The notes beneath the pieces were generated by a model. It did not search any database. It worked only from the letters and a program-made list of their open reading frames with translations, and was not told the origin of the DNA. A stretch of 64,000 nucleotides of DNA from Patescibacteria group bacterium (GTDB lineage: Bacteria; Patescibacteriota; Minisyncoccia; Phycocordibacterales; UBA5272), in the NCBI GenBank assembly GCA_030916895.1, contig JAUPVR010000001.1:1887-65886 (forward strand), in the 5' to 3' direction. The position numbers were made by a program, and so were the translations under genes. This document shows positions 1 through 9,115 of the stretch, one piece after another (the stretch's first letter is position 1; every line of letters starts with the position of its first letter).

Positions 1-40
1 AAAAGTTGCAAAAGTTAGTCGGTGTGTAAAATAAAAATAT

Positions 41-116
41 GCAGTGGTAGCTCAGCTGGTTAGAGCACCGCCCTGTCACGGCGGGGGTCGTGGGTTCAAG
101 TCCCATTCACTGCGCA
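41..116 (+). tRNA. tRNA-Asp (anticodon GTC)
   Basis: Cloverleaf read by eye: acceptor gcagtgg/tcactgc, anticodon stem ccgcc/ggcgg around loop ctGTCac, T-loop ttcaagt, discriminator G. Confidence 0.85.
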
Positions 117-123
117 TAAAGTA

Positions 124-152
124 AAAACAATGGCTTCTCGCCATTGTTTTTG
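124..152 (+). terminator. intrinsic terminator after tRNA-Asp
   Basis: Stem aaacaatggc/gccattgttt with loop ttctc, followed by a T-run. Confidence 0.7.
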
Positions 153-182
153 GTTGTGTATGGGTATAGTATATAGGTACCT

Positions 183-707
183 ATGCACAACGAAATCGAG
201 CGAAAGTTTCTCGTGCAAAAAATGCCTAAATTAAGGGGTATTACCCCAGTGCTTCAGGAGAGATATTTTATACAGAGCGGAGACTTGGTTGAGGAGGGTT
301 TTAAGAGAAAAGGAAGGGTTTTTGAACATGAATTGAAGATTGCGATTACACCCGATGAGAGAACAAGGGAAGTTGTTGTTATAACCAAAGACGAATTTGA
401 AAAATTTAAGCCAAAAAATGGACATATTATTTATCGTGATAGCTATCCAATTTCAAAAAAACCACTTCTCTCCATAAAAAAATATAAAGGAGATTATGAA
501 GGGTTAGTATTAGCAGAGGTTGAATTTGATTCTCATGAAGAAGCAGAAAAATGGAGGCCACTTAAATGGATGGGGGCTGAGGTAACCGACACACCGCTTG
601 GTAAGGACTCCTCACTTATTTTGCTTTCAAGGAAAAAATTTAAGGGTATTTTAGGGGACATTGAGGAAAGGTTTAATTTTAAGAATATTGAAGGAGAGGC
701 TTCATAA
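183..707 (+). CDS. CYTH-domain protein (triphosphate tunnel metalloenzyme / CyaB-like)
   Basis: N-terminal EIERKFLV, which is the ExExK CYTH signature; 174 aa. Confidence 0.6.
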   Translation: MHNEIERKFLVQKMPKLRGITPVLQERYFIQSGDLVEEGFKRKGRVFEHELKIAITPDERTREVVVITKDEFEKFKPKNGHIIYRDSYPISKKPLLSIKKYKGDYEGLVLAEVEFDSHEEAEKWRPLKWMGAEVTDTPLGKDSSLILLSRKKFKGILGDIEERFNFKNIEGEAS

Positions 708-761
708 GAAAAAGAACTATCAACAGGCATGCTCGCATTAGTCGGGGTATACTAAAGGCCT

Positions 762-1835
762 ATGCAACCACTAAAAATAGCAATTAATGGATTTGGAAGA
801 ATTGGGCGAGCCTTTTTAAAGGTATCATTATCACGTGATGATATGGAGGTTGTCGCAGTAAATGACCTGGGAGATGTGAAAAATCTTGCATATCTTCTTC
901 AGTACGATACGGTATACAAAACATCACCATTTGACGTTCATGCTGAAATTCATGAAGGAGGAAAGCAAGAACTTGTTATCAAAATGGGAGACAAAGAGCG
1001 ACGTGTGGCGGTTGTACAAGTCAAAGACCCAAGTACGCTTCCATGGAAAGACCTCGGTATCGATGTTGTTGTTGAATCAACAGGACTTTTTGTTACCTAC
1101 GACAAAGCAAACGCACACATTATGGCAGGGGCGAAGCATGTGGTAATTTCAGCGCCAGCAAAGAAAGGAGAGGATGAGAGTATTAAAGGAGAAACCGTCC
1201 TTCTTTCAGTGAACGAAGATAAGTTTGGTACATGCCAAGTAACTTCAAACGCATCATGCACAACCAATGCGTCATCTCCTGTGATTGGAATTCTGGACGA
1301 GGCAATTGGTATTGAAAAAGCAATTTTAAATACGGTTCACTCGTACACCGCATCGCAAGGAATTGTGGATGGTCCAAACAAGAAAGATTTTCGTGAAGGG
1401 CGTGCTGGTGGACAAAACATTGTTCCATCATCAACCGGTGCTGCAATTGCTGTTACAAAAGCATATACACAACTCGATGGAAAGTTTGATGGTATTGCTA
1501 TCCGTGTACCAACACCAGCTGGTTCTATCGCTGACATTACCTTCATTTCAAAACGCCCAACCAGTGTTGAAGAAATAAACGATGTCTTAAAGAAGGCATC
1601 AGTAAGCGACAAGTGGAAGCATGTGTTTACAGCAACCGAAGAAGAACTTGTTTCAAGCGACATTATTGGGCTCCCATATGCTTCCATTGCTGACCTTAAA
1701 ATGACACGTGTTGTCGATGGCAACTTAGTGAAAGTGATGGCCTGGTATGACAATGAAATGGGGTATACCAATACGCTTGTTGAACATGTCGCAAGAGCTG
1801 GTCGCGCTTCGCGATCTGTTACTAATCAAGAGTAA
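762..1835 (+). CDS. gap: glyceraldehyde-3-phosphate dehydrogenase
   Basis: INGFGRIGR NAD-binding motif and SNASCTTN catalytic-cysteine motif. Confidence 0.95.
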   Translation: MQPLKIAINGFGRIGRAFLKVSLSRDDMEVVAVNDLGDVKNLAYLLQYDTVYKTSPFDVHAEIHEGGKQELVIKMGDKERRVAVVQVKDPSTLPWKDLGIDVVVESTGLFVTYDKANAHIMAGAKHVVISAPAKKGEDESIKGETVLLSVNEDKFGTCQVTSNASCTTNASSPVIGILDEAIGIEKAILNTVHSYTASQGIVDGPNKKDFREGRAGGQNIVPSSTGAAIAVTKAYTQLDGKFDGIAIRVPTPAGSIADITFISKRPTSVEEINDVLKKASVSDKWKHVFTATEEELVSSDIIGLPYASIADLKMTRVVDGNLVKVMAWYDNEMGYTNTLVEHVARAGRASRSVTNQE

Positions 1836-1844
1836 TCATCAACC

Positions 1845-2321
1845 ATGTCTAAAATCTATCTCGCTACCGATCATGCAGGATTTGAGTTGAAAGAAAAAGT
1901 AAAGAAGTATTTAGAAGAACACAAGGGAGATTTAGGAATTACGGACATTGAAGACTGTGGCGCGCACGAATACAGAGATGGTGATAACTATCCAGAGTAC
2001 ATAGCAGAAGCAGCAAAAAAGATAGAGCATGACGCACTTCATGCGCCGTCAATTGGTATTGTCTTTGGTGGGTCAGGACAAGGAGAAGCTATCGTTGCTA
2101 ATCGCTTCAGACATGTGCGCGCAATTGTGTACGCTGGAGGAAATTTGGAACTCGTGAAACTTGGGCGTGAACATAACGATGCAAACGTGCTTTCAATCGG
2201 CGCACGTTTTGTTTCATATGAGCAGGCACACGAAGCTCTTGAATTATTTTTAAAAACCTCATTTTCGCACGAAGAGCGACACGCGGAGCGTGTTATCTCT
2301 ATAGACACTTTACAACATTAA
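1845..2321 (+). CDS. rpiB: ribose-5-phosphate isomerase B
   Basis: MSKIYLATDHAGFELKE N-terminus typical of RpiB/LacAB; 158 aa. Confidence 0.8.
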   Translation: MSKIYLATDHAGFELKEKVKKYLEEHKGDLGITDIEDCGAHEYRDGDNYPEYIAEAAKKIEHDALHAPSIGIVFGGSGQGEAIVANRFRHVRAIVYAGGNLELVKLGREHNDANVLSIGARFVSYEQAHEALELFLKTSFSHEERHAERVISIDTLQH

Positions 2322-2322
2322 T

Positions 2323-2988
2323 ATGAGTATTATTCCTGCTGTTTTACCACACAGTTTTGAAGAGATGAATGAGAAGCTTTCGCGTATTGAGGGGATTACT
2401 TCTCTTGTGCAAATTGATTTATGTGATGGCGTATTTGGTCTTGAAAAGACATGGCTTCCAAGTGGAACAGAGATTATGTCAATAGGATTTGAGTATGAAT
2501 TTGACCTTATGGTGAACGACTGGAGGTTATATGTAAACAGCGCAATCGCACTTAATGCAAAACGTGTCGTTTTGCATGTTGACCACATGACAGATGTTGA
2601 TATACAAGAAGCGGTAACCCTACTTAAAGAAAAGGGTGTCATTGCCGGTATCGCTGTTTCAAATGATATTGCCATAGAAACTCATGTATCAGCACTTCGC
2701 CTTGCAAAAGAGATTGACTATCAAAGTTATGCGCAGGTGATGGGGATCGCACGCATTGGTGAACAAGGGCAGGAATTCGATGAAACTGCTCCGGAGAGAA
2801 TACGAGCACTTAAAATGCAAATTGGAGATGCTATCGTGCAAGTTGATGGTGCAATGAATCCAGAAAATGGGCCAAAGGTTATTGAAGCAGGGGCAACATC
2901 GCTCGTTGTTGGTTCATACCTTTTTAGTATGGGAGAAGTTGCAACTGCATATGGAAATATGCAAGCTCTACTACAGAGCGAGGACTAA
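2323..2988 (+). CDS. ribulose-phosphate 3-epimerase-like TIM-barrel protein
   Basis: VQIDLCDGVFG resembles the Rpe metal/substrate motif; sits inside the pentose-phosphate cluster. Confidence 0.5.
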   Translation: MSIIPAVLPHSFEEMNEKLSRIEGITSLVQIDLCDGVFGLEKTWLPSGTEIMSIGFEYEFDLMVNDWRLYVNSAIALNAKRVVLHVDHMTDVDIQEAVTLLKEKGVIAGIAVSNDIAIETHVSALRLAKEIDYQSYAQVMGIARIGEQGQEFDETAPERIRALKMQIGDAIVQVDGAMNPENGPKVIEAGATSLVVGSYLFSMGEVATAYGNMQALLQSED

Positions 2989-3033
2989 ACTTATTCACTA
3001 CGTACGCAGTACAATAGGTTATATACTGTCTCT

Positions 3034-3900
3034 ATGCATTCATTGACTGATATTGAAGTACGCGCGCTTGAATTGCGTGCGGAAGACATTCGCGAAAGTA
3101 TCATTAAGATGCTTTTAGAAGCAGGAAGTGGTCATACTGCAGGGCCGCTTGGCATGACGGATGTTTTTACGTGTATCTATTTTCGTCTCCTTAATCACAA
3201 TCCTCGCCACCCAAACTGGATACAGCGTGATAGGGTTATTCTTTCTAATGGTCATATTGCTCCAGTTTTGTATGCGACCATGGCACACGCAGGTTATTTT
3301 CCAGTTTCTGAATTAAAGACGCTACGAAAATTCGGCACACGCCTTCAAGGGCATCCGCACCGCACAGCACTTCCTGGTATTGAAACATCTTCAGGTCCTC
3401 TTGGTTGTGGTTTGTCGCAAGCCGTTGGTATGGCACTTATGGATAGATTGGAAGAACATAAACCAGACAGGTATTTCTATTGTATGATGGGAGACGGAGA
3501 AATAAATGAGGGGCAAGTATGGGAGTCACTGCTACTTCTTGGAAAATTTAAATTAAACAAAGTGATTTCTTTCATTGACAGAAACACAATTCAAATTGAT
3601 GGATACACTGAAGATGTTTTACCACTTGAACCACTTAAAGATAAACTCGAAGCATTTAATCTTCATGTAATTGAAATCGATGGTCATGATATGCAAGATA
3701 TCGCACGAGCGGTTTCTACTGCTAAAGCAATTCTTGATAAACCAACAGTTATCATTGCACATACAATTCCAGGTAAGGGAGTGGAAGAATTTGAGGGTGA
3801 CTATAGATGGCACGGTAAAGCACCTAACGAAGAAGAAGCAAAGCAAGCTCTTAAAGAATTAAGGACATTGCGAGGAAAAGTTCTTCACGGTGAAGCATAA
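3034..3900 (+). CDS. transketolase, N-terminal (TPP-binding) subunit
   Basis: GHTAGPLGMTDV and GDGEINEGQVWE motifs; split tkt as seen in small-genome bacteria and archaea. Confidence 0.85.
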   Translation: MHSLTDIEVRALELRAEDIRESIIKMLLEAGSGHTAGPLGMTDVFTCIYFRLLNHNPRHPNWIQRDRVILSNGHIAPVLYATMAHAGYFPVSELKTLRKFGTRLQGHPHRTALPGIETSSGPLGCGLSQAVGMALMDRLEEHKPDRYFYCMMGDGEINEGQVWESLLLLGKFKLNKVISFIDRNTIQIDGYTEDVLPLEPLKDKLEAFNLHVIEIDGHDMQDIARAVSTAKAILDKPTVIIAHTIPGKGVEEFEGDYRWHGKAPNEEEAKQALKELRTLRGKVLHGEA

Positions 3901-4891
3901 AACTATGTTACGAAAAACACTCTTTACTCCAAATGAAGAAGAAAAAGCTACCCGCGAAGGGTTCGGTGAAGGCTTGGTTGTTGCTGGCAAGAAAAATGCA
4001 ACCATTGTTGCACTGTGTGCAGATTTGACCGACAGCACAAAAATGGATCTGTTTAAAAAAGAGTTTCCACTTCGTTTTTTTGAAGTAGGCATTACGGAAC
4101 AAGCAATGTCTGGTCTTGCTTCTGGTATGGCTGCGATGGGGTACAACCCATTTATTGCGAGTTACGCCATGTTTTCTCCTGGAAGAAATTGGGAGCAAAT
4201 TCGCACGCTTATTGCGTATAATGATCAGCCTGTAAAAGTTGTTGGTGCGCACGCAGGGATTTCTGTTGGACCTGACGGCGCAACGCATCAAGCGCTTGAA
4301 GATATTGCCATTATGCGCGCAATGCCAAACATGAATATTCTTGTTCCGTGTGATGCAGTTGAAGCTAAGGCGATGACAGAATTTTTGGGTTCTTTTGAAA
4401 AGCCCGCGTACTTACGGCTCACCCGCGAGAAGACACCCGTTCTCTTAGAAGAGGGAACTCCATTTTCTTTTGGTAAAGCATCTATTCTCTACATTCCACA
4501 AAATAAGTTTGGTAAGTCATATATTCACAAAACAGCAATTATTGGTTGTGGGCCGATTCTTTACGAAGCTCTCCTTGCTGCGCGCGAACTTGAAAAGGAG
4601 GGGATTGGTGCGACGGTTATCAATATGTCTACCATTAAACCGCTTGATACAGATTTTTTACTTCGCCTCTCACGCGATGTTCATAGTTTTGTTACTGTTG
4701 AAGAAGCTCAAGTACATGGTGGTCTTGGGGGTGCGGTTGCGGAATATATGTCCGCACATAAGCCAATTAAAATTGTTTCCGTTGGCGTACAAGACACATT
4801 TGGTCAAAGTGGAAAACCAAAAGAGCTCTATGAAGAGTACGGACTTACCGCAAATCATATTATGGAAGCAGTAAAATCATCTTTAGCATAA
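3890..4891 (+). CDS. transketolase, C-terminal subunit
   Basis: Pyrimidine-binding and C-terminal transketolase domains follow immediately after the N subunit; the start may instead be the ATG at 3905. Confidence 0.85.
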   Translation: MKHKTMLRKTLFTPNEEEKATREGFGEGLVVAGKKNATIVALCADLTDSTKMDLFKKEFPLRFFEVGITEQAMSGLASGMAAMGYNPFIASYAMFSPGRNWEQIRTLIAYNDQPVKVVGAHAGISVGPDGATHQALEDIAIMRAMPNMNILVPCDAVEAKAMTEFLGSFEKPAYLRLTREKTPVLLEEGTPFSFGKASILYIPQNKFGKSYIHKTAIIGCGPILYEALLAARELEKEGIGATVINMSTIKPLDTDFLLRLSRDVHSFVTVEEAQVHGGLGGAVAEYMSAHKPIKIVSVGVQDTFGQSGKPKELYEEYGLTANHIMEAVKSSLA

Positions 4892-4929
4892 AATGAAAAT
4901 CGCGCATGGGCGCGATTTCATGTAAGCGT

Positions 4930-5922
4930 TTAATCTAATGTTTTGAGAATATAATCTGCTGGTGCTTTGCTTAGGTATTCTTCTAGTTTTTCTTCAGTAA
5001 GTAAGCCCTCCTGTGCTCCGACATGCTGCACAACGTTCATGCTATTGATTGGAGCACGTACGATTGCGTACGGTGCATCAAACCCCCTCGCGAGGAATGA
5101 AACAAATGTTGAAAAGAAAGCATCTCCTGCCCCCGTTCTTTCGTATGGAGGTTTTTCGTCTGGGTAAATAGGCATATTGAAGTAGGTACCTTCATGTTTC
5201 ATGTAAGAACCATTGTGTCCATCAGTAATAATGATAATCTTCGGCCCCCAATCAGAGAGCATGTCCATGAGTTTTTTTAGGTCATGTTCCTCTGTATTAA
5301 GTAACCCCTGTGCTTCTTCTTTGTTCATGCACACAACTTCAGTTTTCTTGTAGAGGTCAGCAATTTCCTGCTTGAACCCAAGTTGGAATGTTCCTGGTTG
5401 GAACGCAAGTTTTACTTCAGGGTGTGATTCCAAATATTTGATGAGTTCATGGTGCATTGGAAGGGTGTGCTTACCTAATGATGAGAGATACACCCACTTC
5501 GGGGTTCCTAAATCAGGAAGTACAGGAGTAAATTCTTCGTGTTTGATGAGAATGGTCCTGTCATCGCCGTACCACAAAACGTAGTGGTAGTTTGTGCGCT
5601 TGCCGTCTTCAAGTTGAATGAATTTTGTCGCAACTTTTTCCACCTCTAGTTTTTCAAGGCATTCTTTTCCATGTTTGTCATTGCCGAGATAGGTGAGAAG
5701 TGCGGCGTTTAAGCCAAGGCGAGATGCAGAAACTGCTGCGTTTGCACTATTTCCAACCGCTGGTAGTACCACCACGCTGTCATAAGGAACTTTTGCGCCA
5801 TAGGGGATGCAAAGCTCCGCACCATGAGCTGTTTCTTGTACATGGCCAACAGAAACTCTAATAAAAGCATCAATGACAGTATCGCCGATTGCGACAAGGT
5901 CGAAATTTTGTTGTGTATCCAT
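4930..5922 (-). CDS. PfkB-family carbohydrate kinase
   Basis: N-terminal VAIGDTVID and C-terminal TGAGDAF motifs of the ribokinase/PfkB family. Confidence 0.75.
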   Translation of the reverse strand: MDTQQNFDLVAIGDTVIDAFIRVSVGHVQETAHGAELCIPYGAKVPYDSVVVLPAVGNSANAAVSASRLGLNAALLTYLGNDKHGKECLEKLEVEKVATKFIQLEDGKRTNYHYVLWYGDDRTILIKHEEFTPVLPDLGTPKWVYLSSLGKHTLPMHHELIKYLESHPEVKLAFQPGTFQLGFKQEIADLYKKTEVVCMNKEEAQGLLNTEEHDLKKLMDMLSDWGPKIIIITDGHNGSYMKHEGTYFNMPIYPDEKPPYERTGAGDAFFSTFVSFLARGFDAPYAIVRAPINSMNVVQHVGAQEGLLTEEKLEEYLSKAPADYILKTLD

Positions 5923-5966
5923 ATGTTCTTTAGTCTAACACCACAAGTACGATATACTGTGTTGAT

Positions 5967-6857
5967 ATGAAGACATTAACCCCCCAATCAAACCATTACT
6001 TAGACACCATTCTTGCATATAAAGCAGAAGGTAAAGCAATTGCGCATTTTAATATTTCCAACCTCGACCAATTGCGTGCAATTTGCGATGTGGCACAAGA
6101 ATTAAAACAACCAGTGATTATTGGGGCTTCTGAAGGTGAGCGAAGTTACATGGGGGTAGCGATGGTTAGGAAAATGGTTGATGAAATGAATCAGGAATAT
6201 GACGTGTCAATATTTTTAAACGCCGATCACACCTACACCTTTGAAAAAGTAAAAGAAGTGGTTGAGTTGGGGTACGATAGTGTCATTATTGATGGTGCGA
6301 AGCTTCCGTATGAAGAAAATGTCGCGCTTGTGAAGCAATGCGTTGACTATGTGCGTGAGTATGAAGCAAAAACTGGCAAGCGGGTACTTACAGAAGCTGA
6401 ACTCGGGTATATCGGACAATCATCGTCATTAAATAGTGCGCTTCCTGAAGGAGTGACGGAAGCGAACCTAACAACCGTAGAGCAAGCGAAAGATTTTGTG
6501 CTTCGTACGGGTATAGATATGTTTGCGCCAGCAATTGGAAATGTACACGGGATGCTTATTGACGCAGAAGAACCAAAACTTCACATCGATAGATTGAAAG
6601 AAATAAGCGCGGTTGTCGATGTTCCGCTTGTTCTTCATGGAGCAAGTGGAAATACTGATGAAGATTTGATGGCATCCATTGATGCGGGGGTATCTATTGT
6701 GCATATCAACACGGAAATCAGAAAAGCGTTTCGTGACGGCGAAATGAATTACTTGGTGGAACACCCAAATGAAGTTGCGCCATATAAGTTTGGTAAAGAA
6801 GGTCAAGAAGAGATGAAAAAAATAGTAAAAGCAAAAATGGAATTGTACATGAAATAA
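5967..6857 (+). CDS. fba: class II fructose-bisphosphate aldolase
   Basis: Class II aldolase architecture with Zn ligands (H-x-H in NADHT, LHGASG). Confidence 0.8.
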   Translation: MKTLTPQSNHYLDTILAYKAEGKAIAHFNISNLDQLRAICDVAQELKQPVIIGASEGERSYMGVAMVRKMVDEMNQEYDVSIFLNADHTYTFEKVKEVVELGYDSVIIDGAKLPYEENVALVKQCVDYVREYEAKTGKRVLTEAELGYIGQSSSLNSALPEGVTEANLTTVEQAKDFVLRTGIDMFAPAIGNVHGMLIDAEEPKLHIDRLKEISAVVDVPLVLHGASGNTDEDLMASIDAGVSIVHINTEIRKAFRDGEMNYLVEHPNEVAPYKFGKEGQEEMKKIVKAKMELYMK

Positions 6858-6864
6858 TTTAGTT

Positions 6865-7248
6865 ATGGCAACGCTTTTTACAAAAATCATACAAGGTGAG
6901 ATTCCTTCATACAAAGTGTATGAAGATGATGTGGTGTATGCATTCTTAGATATCAATCCAATGCAGAAGGGGCATACGCTTGTCGTACCAAAGGTAGAAG
7001 TTGACCAGTTGATTGATTTGGACGAGAAATTGTTTGATAGATACATGCATCGTGTGCGCTACGTTGCGCAAATTTTGCGTGCAAAGACTAACTGCAAGCG
7101 TGTTTGTATGGTGGTTGTCGGTTATGAAATGCCACATGCACATGTTCACCTTATCCCAACAAACTCAATGGAGGATTTTGATATGAAAAAAATCCACCCC
7201 GCAACAAAAGAAGAGCTTGAAGAAATGCACAAACTTCTTACGACATAA
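6865..7248 (+). CDS. HIT-family (histidine triad) protein
   Basis: HAHVHLIP histidine-triad motif. Confidence 0.8.
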   Translation: MATLFTKIIQGEIPSYKVYEDDVVYAFLDINPMQKGHTLVVPKVEVDQLIDLDEKLFDRYMHRVRYVAQILRAKTNCKRVCMVVVGYEMPHAHVHLIPTNSMEDFDMKKIHPATKEELEEMHKLLTT

Positions 7249-7502
7249 TGAAAACATTTTCTGATAAAGTATACGCTGTTGTAAAAAATATTAAACGCGG
7301 AAAGACGCTTACGTATAAGCAAGTGGCTAATTTGGTGGGGAGTCCGAAAGCATATCGTGCTGTCGGTAACATTTTGAATAAGAATTATAACCAAAATATT
7401 CCATGTCACAGAGTTACTCGAAGCGATGGAGCACCTGGTGGGTACAATCGGGGAAGAAAATTAAAGGTACAGCGTCTCAAAGAAGAAGGTGCTAGACTAT
7501 AA
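7248..7502 (+). CDS. MGMT-family DNA-binding domain protein (PCHRV motif), 84 aa
   Basis: IPCHRV active-site motif of O6-alkylguanine alkyltransferase C-domain; no N-terminal domain. Confidence 0.65.
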   Translation: MKTFSDKVYAVVKNIKRGKTLTYKQVANLVGSPKAYRAVGNILNKNYNQNIPCHRVTRSDGAPGGYNRGRKLKVQRLKEEGARL

Positions 7503-7507
7503 AGCGT

Positions 7508-7852
7508 ATGTGGCACATCATTTTGCGTATTATTGCAGTTCTCGTCACAAGCTACGTTACTCATGTTGGCGTTCCTCTTACGCTGACGGTAAATACCCTA
7601 TGGATAGCATTTCTCGTAACTATTGTTCTTGCTATTATCAATCATACTATTAAGCCACTCTTAACGATTGTTCTCATTCCGATTCATTTCGCGACACTTG
7701 GCCTCTCATCACTGTTTGTTAACGGAGCAATGATCCTCCTTGCGAGTTATCTTATTCCAGGATTTATTATTCCAAGTATTCTTATGGGGTTCTGGTTTTC
7801 TATCGTGCTTTCTATCGTGAATTGGGTGCTTCATATCTTTGAAAAAGATTAA
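7508..7852 (+). CDS. small integral membrane protein (DUF360/holin-IV-like)
   Basis: 114 aa with 3-4 predicted TM helices. Confidence 0.45.
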   Translation: MWHIILRIIAVLVTSYVTHVGVPLTLTVNTLWIAFLVTIVLAIINHTIKPLLTIVLIPIHFATLGLSSLFVNGAMILLASYLIPGFIIPSILMGFWFSIVLSIVNWVLHIFEKD

Positions 7853-7910
7853 TTGTTAAAGGTTTTTTTACTGTTTTGCACTTATCGTGAGCATGGTAGA
7901 ATAGAGGTGT

Positions 7911-9035
7911 ATGTCACTAGTCTTAGGAATTTTAGGGAGTCTTGTAGGAATTATAATTATTGTGGGTATTATCACTTTGGCCTATGGAGTAATTTCTGGC
8001 GGTCAAACTAATCATCTTATGGAAAATAAAATAAAGGCACTTGATGTGTTTGTGTACTTGGGAATTTTCATAACCCTTGTTGTTTCTGTGACGAATCTTT
8101 TACAAATTGTGTTTGAGGCAATTAATCGTAAATTTATTGACCTACTTGACTACCAGGGGTATGTCGATATGTACAGCAGTGAGATGCGCTTTGCCATTGC
8201 TTCACTTTTTGTTGTCTATCCAATCTATGTTGGTCTTTCATGGTTTGTCGCGAAAGATATTGTAAAGAATCCGTATAAGAATGATTTGAAGATTCGTAAA
8301 ATAATGATTTACGTTGCGCTCTTCGTTACGCTCTGTACGCTTGTCGGAACGCTCGTTTCTATCATTTACACTTATTTGGGTGGTGAACTTTCGGTTCGTT
8401 TTGGTTTGAAGGCTGTCGCTGTATTTGCTGTTTCGCTTACGGTGTTTGGGTACTACCTATTCTCACTTAAGCGTGATTATTCAAAGAAAACGTATGTACC
8501 ACACGTATTTACAATAGGCGTTACGCTCGCAGTTCTCGCTTCACTTATTTGGAGCATCTCAATTATTGGTACACCTGGACAGATGCGTGCAAAGCGCATT
8601 GATAACACCCGCCTCTCTGATGTTTCCCGTATTCAGCAGGAGGTTTATGGTCATTACCAGCAGACCGATAAAATTCCAGACACACTTTCTGAACTTAACA
8701 ATGCTTTTCAGGGGTACGTTGTTCCTGTAGACCCTGTTACGAAAGAGGAGTACGAATATAGGGTTATCCAGCAGCCAATTACACGCATGAATTACTCAAC
8801 AAATGAGAAGGAGATGGTAACGAATGCTATATTTGAAATTTGTGCGACGTTTGATACCAAGCGGGAAGTTGATTCTCGTGGTATGTCAGTTTCAGGTAAG
8901 GGAGGCGCTACGGATGCGATGTACTTCGTAACGAATCAGTTCTATGAGGGAGATCAGTCACCATTTTGGAATCACGATATAGGAAAGGTATGTTTCAAGC
9001 GTATTATTACGCCACAGATGTACTACGGGAGATAG
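7911..9035 (+). CDS. hypothetical multi-pass membrane protein
   Basis: N-terminal TM helices followed by a soluble C-terminal domain; no recognisable motif. Confidence 0.5.
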   Translation: MSLVLGILGSLVGIIIIVGIITLAYGVISGGQTNHLMENKIKALDVFVYLGIFITLVVSVTNLLQIVFEAINRKFIDLLDYQGYVDMYSSEMRFAIASLFVVYPIYVGLSWFVAKDIVKNPYKNDLKIRKIMIYVALFVTLCTLVGTLVSIIYTYLGGELSVRFGLKAVAVFAVSLTVFGYYLFSLKRDYSKKTYVPHVFTIGVTLAVLASLIWSISIIGTPGQMRAKRIDNTRLSDVSRIQQEVYGHYQQTDKIPDTLSELNNAFQGYVVPVDPVTKEEYEYRVIQQPITRMNYSTNEKEMVTNAIFEICATFDTKREVDSRGMSVSGKGGATDAMYFVTNQFYEGDQSPFWNHDIGKVCFKRIITPQMYYGR

Positions 9036-9045
9036 GAAATGATTA

Positions 9046-9082
9046 GAGAGTAAAATCCGCCTTGAGGCGGATTTTACTCTCG
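9046..9082 (+). terminator. perfect 16-bp stem-loop between the membrane protein and leuS
   Basis: gagagtaaaatccgcc ttga ggcggattttactctc; no clear U-tract follows. Confidence 0.5.
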
Positions 9083-9115
9083 ACAATACAATATTTTTCG
9101 CGTACAGTTATATCT

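Noticed and set aside
9062-9115. N-terminal extensions of leuS, and likewise trmD (31763), rpsP (30769), smc (24487), ftsE, ftsX, the Pif1-like helicase, the L,D-transpeptidase, GNAT and HAD genes
   Set aside because: Conserved N-terminal motifs start at internal Met codons. The extensions overlap terminators, tRNAs or upstream genes.
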